A stretch of 64,000 bases of DNA from Phoronis australis (taxonomy: Eukaryota > Animalia > Phoronida): positions 675,552 through 739,551 of the forward strand of contig NMRA01000045.1 of assembly GCA_002633005.1 (NCBI GenBank), read 5' to 3'. Below are positions 13,104 through 24,943 of this stretch, in pieces. Each line of letters starts with the position of its first letter. Within the stretch, counting starts at the first letter, position 1. The notes under the pieces were generated by a model, which was not told the origin of the DNA, ran no database searches, and saw only the letters and a list, made by a program, of their open reading frames with translations. The translations under genes were made by a program, and so were the position numbers.

Positions 13104-13348
13104 GGGCCCATTACAAGAAACTGACTTAAGTTCATTTTTCACTCAAGTCTAAGATTTGTCTCAAACTTTGAAGTTTCCACATGTGATAAGATAGTCAAAG
13201 TTAAGACAAAACTTAAGTCAAAAACTCATTAATAAGTAAAGCTTAAGATCTCTTTCTTGAAACGGTTTGACAAATTTTAATTTAATCTTTAAATTGTGTA
13301 AAAGTTAAGATTTGTCTTAGCTAAGCCAGTTTTCTTGGAGTTGGACCC
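13104..13348. mobile_element. Harbinger-like MITE
   Basis: cag|gggcccattacaagaaactgactta..taagccagttttcttggagttggaccc; an inverted partial copy lies at ~41661-41843. Confidence 0.6.
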
Positions 13349-14736
13349 AGGGCTTGATGGTCTGATGTCCTTGTAGTATGAGTTAAGTTGATCACCAGTA
13401 TTCACCAGTTGCTGGGAATCATCTCAGGTCAAATCTTGGCTGTGTAGAACTTATAGAACTGAAGAGCAAATTGCACACTGTTAGAACTGAGACAAAACTT
13501 GTTATCTGGGATGTGCATAAAGTCTGTTATATGAGACGAGGGGTGTATTCAATAAAGCTAGTATTTTGCGAGTTTGAGGAGAATGGCCCCACAGCGTATC
13601 ACTTTGTGCAAGGAACAAAGCACCTTATCTGGACATGATTTTCGACAAAATCACCCCAGCCATTTGCAAGTGACTAACCTCACTTTAAGCAGCTCATCCT
13701 TTACCGTCATTCGCAAGTCTAATTAGAAGTTGGGGCTTTAACATCCATTTTGGGCCACCCTATAGCGGAGTTGCAACGCCGCCATATTGGAAATGGGTCA
13801 GAATGTTGCATTGTGGTTACAATGGTAAACTTCAGTAAACAAGTATGTTGGCAACCGTGCGGGCGAACGGGCTACGGGGAGGTTATACGTGTTGTGTGCC
13901 TGGCATGCTATAATACCAGTTAGCGAAATAAAAAAATTAGTTACTACCTGTTTCCCAAGGATCAAGAACTGCGTTAAACATGGGTCAGAGACATCGGTAG
14001 AGCTGGTAGCAAAGGCCGACTTCGTGAATTCTTTCCGACTTCGTAGCATNTTCAAATTCTACATGGTGTAATAAAACAATGATCTTTTCACCGGGGTCTA
14101 TAAACCCTTTGTTAAGCTGTGTTTAGTTACACAGTACAACTGGGATAGTTTGAGTAGGAGCAGGGTTTTAGAAGTTCTGCTTTTATTGACCTTGTTTATC
14201 AACTTCAAAAGGCCTATAGTTTGTGAACCACAGCAAGATTCTAAGCCTTTGTGCGGACTAGTTACCCCCTCCAAACCCAAAGTATTGTGCATTCATGAAA
14301 CAGTAATTAAACGTGTGTAGAATTATTTATCTTAATTGTTGCATCTTATTGGATGTCCACTGCTCTGTTAAGCACCGTTTTAGGTTTGAGTACTTCCAAA
14401 ATGGAAGTAACTTGGACTTTGAAGCAAGCAAAAACAGCTGTCTAGCACCGCAGACCTATCCCTTGCAAAGTCTAGCACTTCACAGTTACCACCTGCTTAA
14501 TTCTTATATTTTTGACATGTGTCTAAGCTGCCATATACCGGTATTCTTTGAATCTGTGTCTTTATTAGAAATATTTCTGATGACAAAATGTAAAGCCCGT
14601 GAACTAAAACAATTTCACGGCTTTTAAGCTTTTAAAAAGGTATTTATGGGGCCAACTTGTTAGCCATATTGGCTTGTCCTTTGTCTTGTGCCTTGTTTGT
14701 ATGTCTTTTAGATGTTGTCTTTTTTCTTCATTTCAG

Positions 14737-14742
14737 CTCTAA
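14737..14742 (+). CDS. Candidate 6-nt microexon of DGK
   Basis: ttttttcttcatttcag|CTCTAA|gtacgt; phase 2-2, reads D-S-N with no stop. No transcript evidence. Confidence 0.4.
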   Translation, partial: L

Positions 14743-15158
14743 GTACGTGTTTACATCGTTACAGTCAAGTATGCCTCTGTCCGCTAGCTTTATGCACATC
14801 CTCAGTTTGGTACCTTACAGTTGCGTGCTCGTGTGTGCATGTCCATCTGTCTGTGTGTGTTTGTCGGTGTGGGTGTGTGTTTATTAATTAGTATGCAGGC
14901 AAGGCTTAGATCACATGACTAATCCCTCTTAATCACATGACTGCATTAACTGAGGTGTTTTCATTTAAAGCGTTAGAAAGTGTTGGTTTTAACTCCAGAC
15001 GACAGTGATTTCTAAATCGAGGCCAGTCTAGTCCATTGTTAAGCGTTCCTATCCACTTTTGTCCGTCATCACGACTTGCCAATTATCTACCATGGTTCAA
15101 AGAGTCACTAAAACTGTTCATCAACGGGTACCAGAGAATCAACACCTAAGGCGTCTAA

Positions 15159-16197
15159 TTTTTATGCACCCACATATTTGTATGTGGGTGATTATTGCCG
15201 TCATCGCTGTCTGGGTGTCCGGCGTCCGTGACTGTATCTCCTAAACCCCTTGCAGGATCATATTGTAATTTGGCAGGTGTGTTCCTATGGGGTTGACAAC
15301 ACAGGGCGATGAGTTTCGGACTGACCCAAATACCACTGTGCCCCCTAGTGGCAATTTTATTTTTTTACATTTGCCTCTGTATCTTTAAGGGTCCTAAACC
15401 GATTTTGGTGAAACTTGACACATAGGCATGTGTTTATGAGATGACGCTATCCTCCCATTTTCGGATGGATTTGAGTCATTTTGCACCATCTAGTGGCCAT
15501 TTTTACTGTTTTCGAGTCCGTTTTTTTGGCATCCGTTGTTTCTCTGAAGTTCCTTGACGAATTTTCATGAAATTTGGTAAACGGCTGTCTTTTAAAGAAA
15601 CGGTAACATTTTCCGGTTTTCAGACAAATTCTACATATTTTGTGCCATCTAGTGGCCATGTTTACTGTTTTCTTGTCTGTTTTTAGCATCCGCCCTCTGT
15701 CAACAAAACTCCTCGTAGGATAATTGTGAAAATTGGCTTATATGTTCTTAGTGTGAAGAGGACGGTTGACGATGATTTTCCAACTTCAATTGCTGTGGCA
15801 CCTCTTAGTGGCAGTTTTGTTTTTTGCCCCTTTAGCTATATCTGATAAGCCCTCTGCAGGATCTTTATTAAATTTAGCACGTGTATTCATAATTATGAAG
15901 TTGACAACAGAAGACGACAACTTTCAGACGGATCCGACAAACGCTTTGCCCCCTAGTGGCAATTTCATTTTTTTCCGTTTTGCTCTGTTTCTCTAAAGTT
16001 CTTTGATGGATTTTCATGCAATGTACAGTGGTAAATAGCATTCTGTTAAAAATGGTGTCATTTACCTGTTTTTTGATGGATTCGAAGTATTTTGCACCAT
16101 CCAGTGGCCATTTTTATGATCAAAATAAACATCCTAGAAGCATACCGTTTGGAGTGCATTCGTGGGCGCATTTCAACGCTGTGCGTTGCTCTTGTTT
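15159..16197 (+). mobile_element. Complete HINE with an internal ~150 bp tandem array
   Basis: 5' tttt-atgcacccac subTIR inside the cacccacata..tatgtgggtg inverted repeat; gtcc tract; six diverged units; 3' gtgggcgcat subTIR, caacgc-tgt-gcgttg hairpin and ctcttgttt end. Confidence 0.75.
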
Positions 16198-17543
16198 CGT
16201 ATTGCTTTGGGTAAAAGTCAGCTTTTTTTTCGAGGAATTCAATTTCAGAAGCTAAACAGTTAGAAAAATCACCAGTTTGAGTCCTCGGTATATCAGTTTA
16301 TTTTAGGCACTGTGTTATAGCCTTGAAACCATCTCTAATTCCGTAATTAGTCTACTACCCACAATAGGACCTTATATCACATTCCATGATAAACAGATCT
16401 CTTGATGACAGTGGGAATTATTATCGATGAAGTACAAGGCATAGTGAAAAGGAACTTTCTATTGGCTGAAGTATCTCTATTGTTTCATGACAAGTATGAT
16501 ATGTTACTTAGTGGAATAATAGTGTAGATGCTGTTTCAACTAAATGTGAGCAAAATGTTTTGTCTTTTGGATCTGAACAGTTCATCCACTCAGTATTGTA
16601 GGAGGCACTTTCCGAAATACCACAATGCCTATTTGATTCTGCCGTGTTTGCCCACAATGCTGTGCCTCTGTAGGGCACTTGTCCAATGGCTGTACATTGC
16701 TGCCATGCTTGTCTCTATTCTGCATTGAGATTAGTTTGGCAGGTGTCATTCTGATGCCTGTAAAGTTGCATTGGGATGTAGTGAGTTGCAATAGCAATAT
16801 CACAAAGTTTGAAAAGTTGTGAGTGAGGCGTGATAAGTCATCCCTCACTTGTCTGGGCAGGCTCAGCGGCCCTACCTTTCAAAAAGTAAATCAACCATAC
16901 AATTACCTCTGCAAAAGAGGACAGTCTGAAATCAGGAAGTCATAGTTTGCTTCATTTATACGCAGTTGCACCACTAGACAGTCATTTTAATAATGATTGT
17001 AATTTCAGCCCTTCTGTTTAATTGTAAAGACGTGTGCCTGTCACAAAAAATCCACAAGTGGGACAAGGGAAAGTCTAGCGCCAAGTTATTGCAATTGTTA
17101 TTGGTACATGAATAAAATATTAATTGCAGCTCGGTTGTTATCAAATTGTCCAGTTTGTATTTTATATTTTATAAAATGTTCATTTTACCTTTTAGATTCT
17201 TCCTATCTCACCAAAGGTATTTAGAGCATTTTTTGTTGGTAGCATTGTCCTGAATGGTCATTTTTGTCGGCCATTCCGTGTAGTCTGGAAAATCTTCTCC
17301 TTGTTGCTGTGCACTTCCCAGAAAGTTTGAAAATGGAATTGTGACAAATTATTTATCAAAGCAGAGCGTAAGCATTGCCATGATGACAGAATGGTACATT
17401 TCATAAGGAAATTCCATTCTGCGTATCATTGAAACGCCTAACTGAGAATTAGTCAAGCTAGTTTGGTTGGATCTCAGAAAGCATTGCTTCAAAATTTACA
17501 TACCAAAATAAATGCATGCCTCTGCTTAATGTCAGTCCTTTAG

Positions 17544-17597
17544 TGCGCTTCTGTTTTCAGACCTCTACCCTGCATGGTTGCTACCACACTCTCCGTG
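17544..17597 (+). CDS. Candidate 54-nt cassette exon of DGK
   Basis: cctttag|t ALLFSDLYPAWLLPHSP tg|gtaaca; phase 2-2 and open. No homology support. Confidence 0.35.
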
Positions 17598-17654
17598 GTA
17601 ACAATACGGAGTCCATTGGAATTCACGCAATTCCCTGTCCGAGGTGTACTTTCA

Positions 17655-17909
17655 TACAACATAAGCCAAAAGTAGTCAGACAAAATTACCCAGAATTCCC
17701 CGTCATGACATCTGGGTAGAAACCAAGTTCATGGTCAGAGTAGTCTTCCCTCATGACCGAGACTGAAGACGAGTGAGGTGACTAAGCTATTTTGTAATTA
17801 GAATTTTTGTGCCCTAATGGATGCTACCAGTCATTTTTGCTGTTCATAGAATTAACCGTCATGGCGGGAAAACTGTATTTTGTCTGATTACCTTTGTCTT
17901 ATACTGCAG
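17655..17909. mobile_element. Tc1/mariner-like MITE
   Basis: Inverted termini; internal gagtagtcttccctc and ttttgtaattagaatttt shared with 24091-24347. Confidence 0.65.
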
Positions 17910-19269
17910 GTGGCACAATATTAGACGTGCTTTCACATGTTTTTGTGGCCATTCTCTGTGAAAGGATGCCTTAATTTCCCTTAGGAACGATTCAGTATTA
18001 TTATTATTAGGAACTGCATGGAACGGGCCATTTTTGCCACAGATTTCATATTCTGTCAGTATTTTTCGGGGTAAAAGGACTGCAGTTTAAAGTGTTGTTT
18101 TTGAATTTTTATTCAATAGTAAGTCTTCTGTCAGGATTAAAACCCCTACAAGTTGATTACATTACTTAACTTTTATGAATGAGTTGCTTTTTCAAAGAGG
18201 CTACCTACAAGTGGGTTCATTTCAGCTGTCCAAACTTTTTGGCAGAGTGGGTTTTCATTGAGCTGGTCCCCAAAAGCACAAATATTGTCTCTTCCCACAG
18301 TTTTGTCCATCAAAATCTCACAGCATAGTTGCCAGTAACCCTTGGATTTTACTGATATAGTGCCCCGTGTTTTTATTGACTCATTGAAGTTTCAAGTATG
18401 CCCTTTCTACGATTTCTTATCACTCAATACTTTGGTTTAATGTAATTTATGTTCTGTGGTTCATTTTTTGCGGTGCTTCCCTGCACGTAAGCAACCGTTC
18501 AACATAATTGCTTTAAGTAAAATGCGTGTAGTTCAACCACAATACAGGATGTCAAAGGCATACTAATGTTAAGAATTATGCAGTGATGCTGGGATTTGAG
18601 GTCACTTAATGTGTTCTTCTTAATAACAAAATGCGGTGTTGAAACAATATTGACACGGAACACGTGATGTCGCAGTTGTCTGGTCGCTTGCCATTTGTCA
18701 GAAATGCCTTCTGGGATACGGTCCATCGACAAGTAAGTTTTTGCAAGAATCGCTAGAGTCATGCCATACTGAACAAAAACTAGTGAAAGGATAGTGTTTT
18801 ACGAATACTTAAGCTCACGACCAAACTTGTGTAAGGAGTGGTTGGTAATTTGTGTAAGAAAATTCACTGTACGTTCATAACCAAAAGACTTTAAGCCACA
18901 AGTCTCTTGAGAGTCTGTTTTGCATTGCACGGAACGCAGTATTGGTTTACACATCTGCTAGCCAGACATTGTGTAGACTTGCTTTATCTCACTGGCCAAT
19001 TTTGCCCCTCTCTCTGGGGTATGACCAAAAGATGATTAAAATGGCGTCGTCATGCTGTGTCGCCTCTTTTGGGACAGCCTACATCTGCGAATGAATCTCA
19101 TATCCTTGCGCGCATTTGCGCATCACTTACGAAAGAATATAATGTAGAACAATGACAGTGGCATACTGATAGAAGTTCAAAAGTCATCTGAAATTTTGGC
19201 GTGGTGAAACTCCACCTTTGTCCATCCCAGGTTCGTTTTAATTCTGCCATGTCATTCTAATGCACTTGC

Positions 19270-19920
19270 TTTTTATGCACCCACATAATATACATGTGAG
19301 TGCAATTTGTCATCCTCTCCTGAAGTCTTGCTGTCTGCTGTGAATATTCCGAAATTCTGAATGGTCTTTGGCACTAAGTTTGTGCGTCATCACCAGGGAA
19401 GTGCATACCCTTTTTCAAGCTGGCCATGGGGTGGGTCTTCTCTTGCTATTTTTGGGGGGAAGTGTCAGTTACGGGATGATAGCTAAAGGACTCATTGAGG
19501 AATTTCAATGAAAGTTGACACAATGACCTGTGATTGTAATCTGCCAACACCAGTCAGTTTTCAGATGGATCTGACTACTGCAGCACCCCTAGTGGCTGTT
19601 TTTGGAGTCGAAAAGGGACTTCTCAGTATTTTTAGGGGAAGAGCATTTCTGGATGATATTTAAGAAAAGATTAACGGATTTCAATGAGACTTGACGTAGA
19701 CTGGTGTGACGGAAATGCATTGGCACCAGGTGTCTCTCCGGACATTTTAACTGCAGTGTCTCTATAGTCATTTTGATCTTAACAAGGATCTTTCTCAGTG
19801 TATTGGGAGACGAGCATTTCCTAATTTTTTCTAGACCACCAGTTCGTGGTTCAGGTATGTGATGTGAAGGTGCTGGCATAAGACGAATTAGGCTATTGCA
19901 GCACCTCCTAGAGGAGATGA
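19270..19920 (+). mobile_element. 3'-truncated HINE of the same family as 15159
   Basis: ttttatgcacccacata start; decayed units with gcacccctagtggc (~19582) and gcacctcctagagg (~19900). Confidence 0.6.
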
Positions 19921-22185
19921 TGGCAACTACTAGTTTTGAGCTGATTCCAGCTACTGTCTAATTTTATCTGCAAAACTTATCAATAGTAAAGTAGACACTC
20001 GCCAAACTATGGTTGTCTAAATGCTTTGTCCACTTGTGACATTTTTATTTCTTTGTTGCAAATGTCAAACTATTCATTTTTTTTAAACTTATTGGTTTAA
20101 TAGTACGGTGAAGAGGTCAGGTACAAACACTTTTCTATTCTGGGTATTACAGTTCCCCATGTTGTCAAATTGTCGTCTCCTTGTACCTGACATGAAGCTG
20201 ATAAGCACCTCTAGAAACGGACCCTTTGTGATGCATTGTGGACGCTTACGAATGCTTTGTGTAACTTTTGTTTAGATCAGCGGTATAATTTTTCTGTGTA
20301 TTATGAAAAATAATTTCTGTGTGTTATGAAAAATAATTACCGTAATACTGGATTTGGTGAAATCTTTTGGCTGAAGCTTAACTGGTCTTACTTTTTCAAC
20401 GTCATTAAATTTTGATTGTTTTTTAACATATGACTTACGACGTACTATAAAGGTGGTTAAAAGCCTCACTTTAAAATTTCTAAACTTTTAATAATATGCA
20501 ATGAGTGTTGAAAGTTTTGCGGTTTATCTCCCAACCCGTGGCTTAAGATTAATGTCCCTGAGCTTTGCCTGTAGCTTAGCCTTATTTTAGCTTGATAGTA
20601 GTTGGATTTGCCTGTAGTGGAACACTTAGATCTTAAGTGGTGAAGGTAGTATTATAGTTGTGCTTGGCTTGATTGTGCATGGCTTTGTTTAACCTCTGTG
20701 TCCATGGTAACTAATATTTAACGCAACTACTGATACTCCATCATCTCATGAAATGCTTCCAAATCTGTTGCAGGATTCACAACTGTACTGTACTACAACC
20801 CTGTTATTCATTCTCCAGCAGATCTGTGGTTGTATTCACTTGAACATTGAAACATATAGATGGATTTCCTAGCGCTCACTAAACTAATTGCAGTCCTGAC
20901 ACTATTGTCTGGATCAATGGGCTTAGCTCGTTGGATAGATTGATTTATATAATATGTGTGACGGAAATATTGTGGATATTGAGTGGCTCGATGTATACGA
21001 GGTGGTGCTAATGAATTTGGTAAAGTCTGACCAGTTTAGGACACAACATCATCGACAAGGATTTTTTTATTTTCTCTTTGAAAGATATACAGCATGAAGT
21101 TAAGTCTTTTCCACTTCTGTACGGAAGCTACCATTGGTCAATAATTTGGAAAGTTTTGGGCATTCGCATCAATGCTAGAAGCCCTTGAAATATGAAAACG
21201 GGACAATTTTGGCAATCATTTTGTCCAATTTTTTGGTCTCCCTTTTTATGAGAATGGATCGAGAACTGAAGGAAACTGACGTCAGCGTGAGGACATCTGT
21301 GGGCTAAGTGTCTCACTAGCATCCCGTTGTAAATTTTGAGTCGACCATTACTGTTTATATTTCATTTGATCGCTTTTGTGACTGTGTTCCCCCTCTGAAT
21401 CTTGTGTGATGCATTTCCTCTATCATGATTTATTTTTGCGGATCAAACTTGTCATAAGATGATTGAAGTATCCATAATTTGTTTGAATTTGTAACCAGTG
21501 CTAATATGAACTCGAGACATTTCCGTGACTCTGACATTGAATTTATAGTTTTTACATTTTTTAATTTTCATTTGTTTTAAACTTCGAATTCACACATGAT
21601 TTTTAGTGTCTGTTATTATTTGACATAGAGCTGTTACTTGTAAACAGGAAAGTTTGCAGCATAAGTTTTCCTTGGTAAAGAGGAAGGCAGTAGTTATATT
21701 GTCAGTTTTAGTTAAATTTTTATTTTCTGTTAATCCTAGATAATTTCCAAATTAATTTAATTCCCTGGGTTCTAACTGGTTTAATTATGCATGCTTCATG
21801 TCTTATACGAAAAATGTGTAAATAAAATTTCAGATGTCCACCATGTTGTGTCCTGAATTAGTGACGTTTTACCATCACTTTTTCAGCCAGACTGTAGCTA
21901 TAAGAAAACAACATGTCTGTTTAAAGACAAGTCCCATACTGTAAACTGAAATGCACTGGAGATGAATTTTTGGTTTCGCCAGTAGCTTTAGTCTTGAAAA
22001 TATCACCTATCACAATTTCAGTTTCTAACTACTGAAAAGCGGAACACTGCACCTTTTGTCCATCCTGTTAATACTCAACACTGAGTGTTTAAAAGTGAAT
22101 CCACTGTAAAACTGCTTAGTCTCTGTATTAGGTCCATGTTTTTACTCTCCCTGGTCTGTATATTTTGGTCGCTGTCTCCTTTTAG

Positions 22186-22310
22186 TCCCGACTGTGCCTT
22201 CTTCTCGCCCCAACGGACATTGGCCGAACGGCTGAGGGTGCAGGTGAGCCGAATCAGCATGCCAGACTACGAGACATTCCACTATGACAAGGACAAGTTG
22301 AAGGAGGCTT
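22186..22310 (+). CDS. DGKZ: DGK exon, post-catalytic region
   Basis: tttag|[41 protein letters not shown]|gtaagt; resembles DGKZ [21 protein letters not shown]. Confidence 0.93.
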
Positions 22311-22340
22311 GTAAGTAATTAGTCGACCATTATATGGCAG

Positions 22341-22608
22341 GGGTCTGTTTCAAGAAAAGTAACTTAAGATTTAGAGGCAGAAATTTGGTCTTACACTCCA
22401 CGTAACAACTTATGAAAAATAATTAAAACTCATTTTAGCTAACGAATAAAGTATTTAACATACCCGTATTTGCTACTTACTAAGAAAATTTGTTCAGATT
22501 CTTTCCAGGCAATTGTGTATTAATGGTAACAGTACTAAACTAAAATTGTGAAGTGGGAACGTAAGACCAAATTTCTGCCTTAAGTCTTAGTCACTTTTCA
22601 GCAGACCT
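22341..22608. mobile_element. PIF/Harbinger MITE with CAG target duplication
   Basis: cag|gggtctg..ggcagaaatttggtcttac / gtaagaccaaatttctgcc..cagacct|cag; related ends at ~7810, ~23650-23700, 32923-33199, ~43600-43700, ~59060 and ~60835. Confidence 0.75.
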
Positions 22609-23870
22609 CAGGTATATTTACTTTTAGGTGAAACATTTCTAGTAACATTCTGTGAAATGACATGTGGCACGTTGCAAGTAGTACTGGTGTCATGAATTCT
22701 CATGAAGTTAATTAAGTGCAACTTTAATCAACTGTCCCAGCAAAACAATTTGTTATATATCCTTTTGGACATCTTCTGTTTTTTGTTTACTATGTCATTA
22801 ACCAGTACCTAGTCATAGTGAAACCTGTATGCCAGACAGCTGTCCAGACTTCATTCATGTTTGTGATTTGGAAAAATCATTGGATCTTTCAATATTGTTC
22901 TTGTTTTGCACTCACAACCCACACATATTTCTATTCACTATAAAATATATTGTAGTTAGAGTTAATAAACTTTGTGTGTCAGTAGAAACTCAAGTATTGT
23001 GTTAGTTTTTATGCTGCTCTCCATCAACTTGCTGTTGATAGCAACAGAGCTAGCCAACTATCTAGTATTTCCTGTTCAACCAAGAACTGCATAATCAACT
23101 GCACCACCACAGACTATCCCCACAATTGGACATGAAAGTATGTCTGCAGTAGTTTTTCACTTATTGAGCACACACATGGTCGACGCGTGAAATAATTCTA
23201 CTTTATTCTTTGTTGGCTTTCTTCACGGAAATAGGTTTAGGACATTTCATTCTATTACAAGCATGGTTTGTAGACAAAAGTTTATAGATGTCAAAAACTT
23301 TCTGAAGGTTCAATTATTTGTAAGAAGATTATCAGCTATTGAAAAATGAAAAATCAACTTTTTGTTAATTTTTTGAGGAAATGAATGGAGAAATATCATT
23401 TGTTTGGCTAAGCTGCACCTCAGGGACTTGTTTCCCAAAGATGCTTTTGGCTTTTGTCTTTCGACTTCAACCAAAAGTCAGACATCTGACTAAGAATAGT
23501 CAAAAGTTGATTACTTGTCTTCTGCATTTCTCAGAACATTTTGTCTTCTTTTTGTAGTTAAACAGGCTTCGGATTTCTGTTATTTCTGTGAGGCGGTCCT
23601 TATTACTTGGCTAAAGCTTTATTTTAGTAATTGCGAATTGGAAGCATAAGACAAAATTTTTGTCTAAGTCTTAAAGCCACTTTTCATAATGCAGACCCCT
23701 GGCTACGAGCAAATCGTCAGTGATAGTAACTTTAAGCTGGTCGACCTCAACAAGATCGGTTGAGCTAACTTACAAAATGACAAGTCGCACGATTGCTTGC
23801 TTTGTAGAAGACAGTGTAAATTTTCACTATAAATAATCTGTATAATCCATAAAATTTGTCTCTGTTTTAG

Positions 23871-24041
23871 CAATACCCCTTGGTATCATTATTGTCGACA
23901 ATGACAGTGACCTTGAACACGTGCGCAAGGCCATCAACACCCTTGACAACGACCTGCACCAGAGTAATCAGAACCTATGTAATGACAAAGACCCAGCTGA
24001 TCTCAATCAAGCGCTGTCACCGAAATGGTGTTTTCTGGACT
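23871..24041 (+). CDS. DGKZ: DGK exon
   Basis: tttag|SIPLGIIIVDNDSDLEHVRKAI..LSPKWCFLD|gtaaga; phase 1-1. Confidence 0.93.
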
Positions 24042-24090
24042 GTAAGAGTTTTAAAAGTTTATCTCTTTCATTGACAGTTTTTAGAACTGT

Positions 24091-24347
24091 ACAGTACAGG
24101 CAAAAAGTAAACAAAATGACCTGGAATTCCCAGTCATGACATCTCGGCGAATTCATCATCGGAGTAGTCTTCCCTCGTGACTGAGAAAGAATGGGAATTT
24201 TAACTGGAACTTTAATGAAGTGGTTAAGCCATTTTGTAATTAGAATTTTGCTTAGTTATTACCAGTACTTTTTGCTGTTTACAGATTGAACCGTTGTGAC
24301 TGGGAAATAGTATTTTGCCTCTTGACTTCTTTTGTCTCATCTTGCAA
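24091..24347. mobile_element. Tc1/mariner-like MITE
   Basis: Paralog of 17655-17909, begins ta-cagtac. Confidence 0.6.
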
Positions 24348-24943
24348 TGTATTTTCCAGTGCCAAATAAGTTTTGAGGATGTGTATAACATGGGGTGCAA
24401 TCATTAACAATGCTTTAAAATCTTTATTTGTTGTTAGGTTGTTACAAAACTTTCAGGGTAATGTGCTCACATATGGTTTTATGGTGTAAAATTATTACGT
24501 TGGGTAAGTACTGGTATGTGGAAGATGTAGTCAAGATTTCAGGTAAAACAACTCTCAACTCATATTTCGAACTTGGATCCTGAATCAGAATCATTTTGAA
24601 TTATGAGTTTATGAAACTTCGGCGATAGACTGTTTAAAGGTCATTGCATCGATCACAATTTGACAGACGAGCGATCGACCAAAATTTCTTCAAAAAACGC
24701 AAAAAATAAGAACTACTTTTGTTTGGGTTTTATAAGCTGTCTGTCCTGTTGTGTACCAACGCCATTAAACTGTACCTTTCTTTCATGAAAATAAGTATTA
24801 ACTGCGTCAAGAAAGGCGAAGAACCAATTTGAAAGTCCTTGACCAGCATATTTAGCAATGGCATTTGGTAAATCACCAAAAGGCACATGTGGCAGTGAAA
24901 GAGTGCGATTTTCATTGCTATGGACATTTTTGAAGATTATTAA

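Noticed and set aside
14050-14050. Single N as a second duplication junction
   Set aside because: No repeated sequence seen on its two sides; treated as a gap or ambiguous base.
15300-16110. CRISPR-like repeat-spacer array
   Set aside because: Whole ~150 bp units are homologous, the repeats are degenerate, the context is eukaryotic and there are no cas genes.
16581-16728. Alternative terminal exon with a hydrophobic tail
   Set aside because: In phase but supported only by a moderate acceptor; hydrophobic ORFs are common in T-rich introns.
20774-20828. Exon-like segment with an acceptor and a weak donor
   Set aside because: 55 nt is not frame-preserving, and the donor gttgta is poor.
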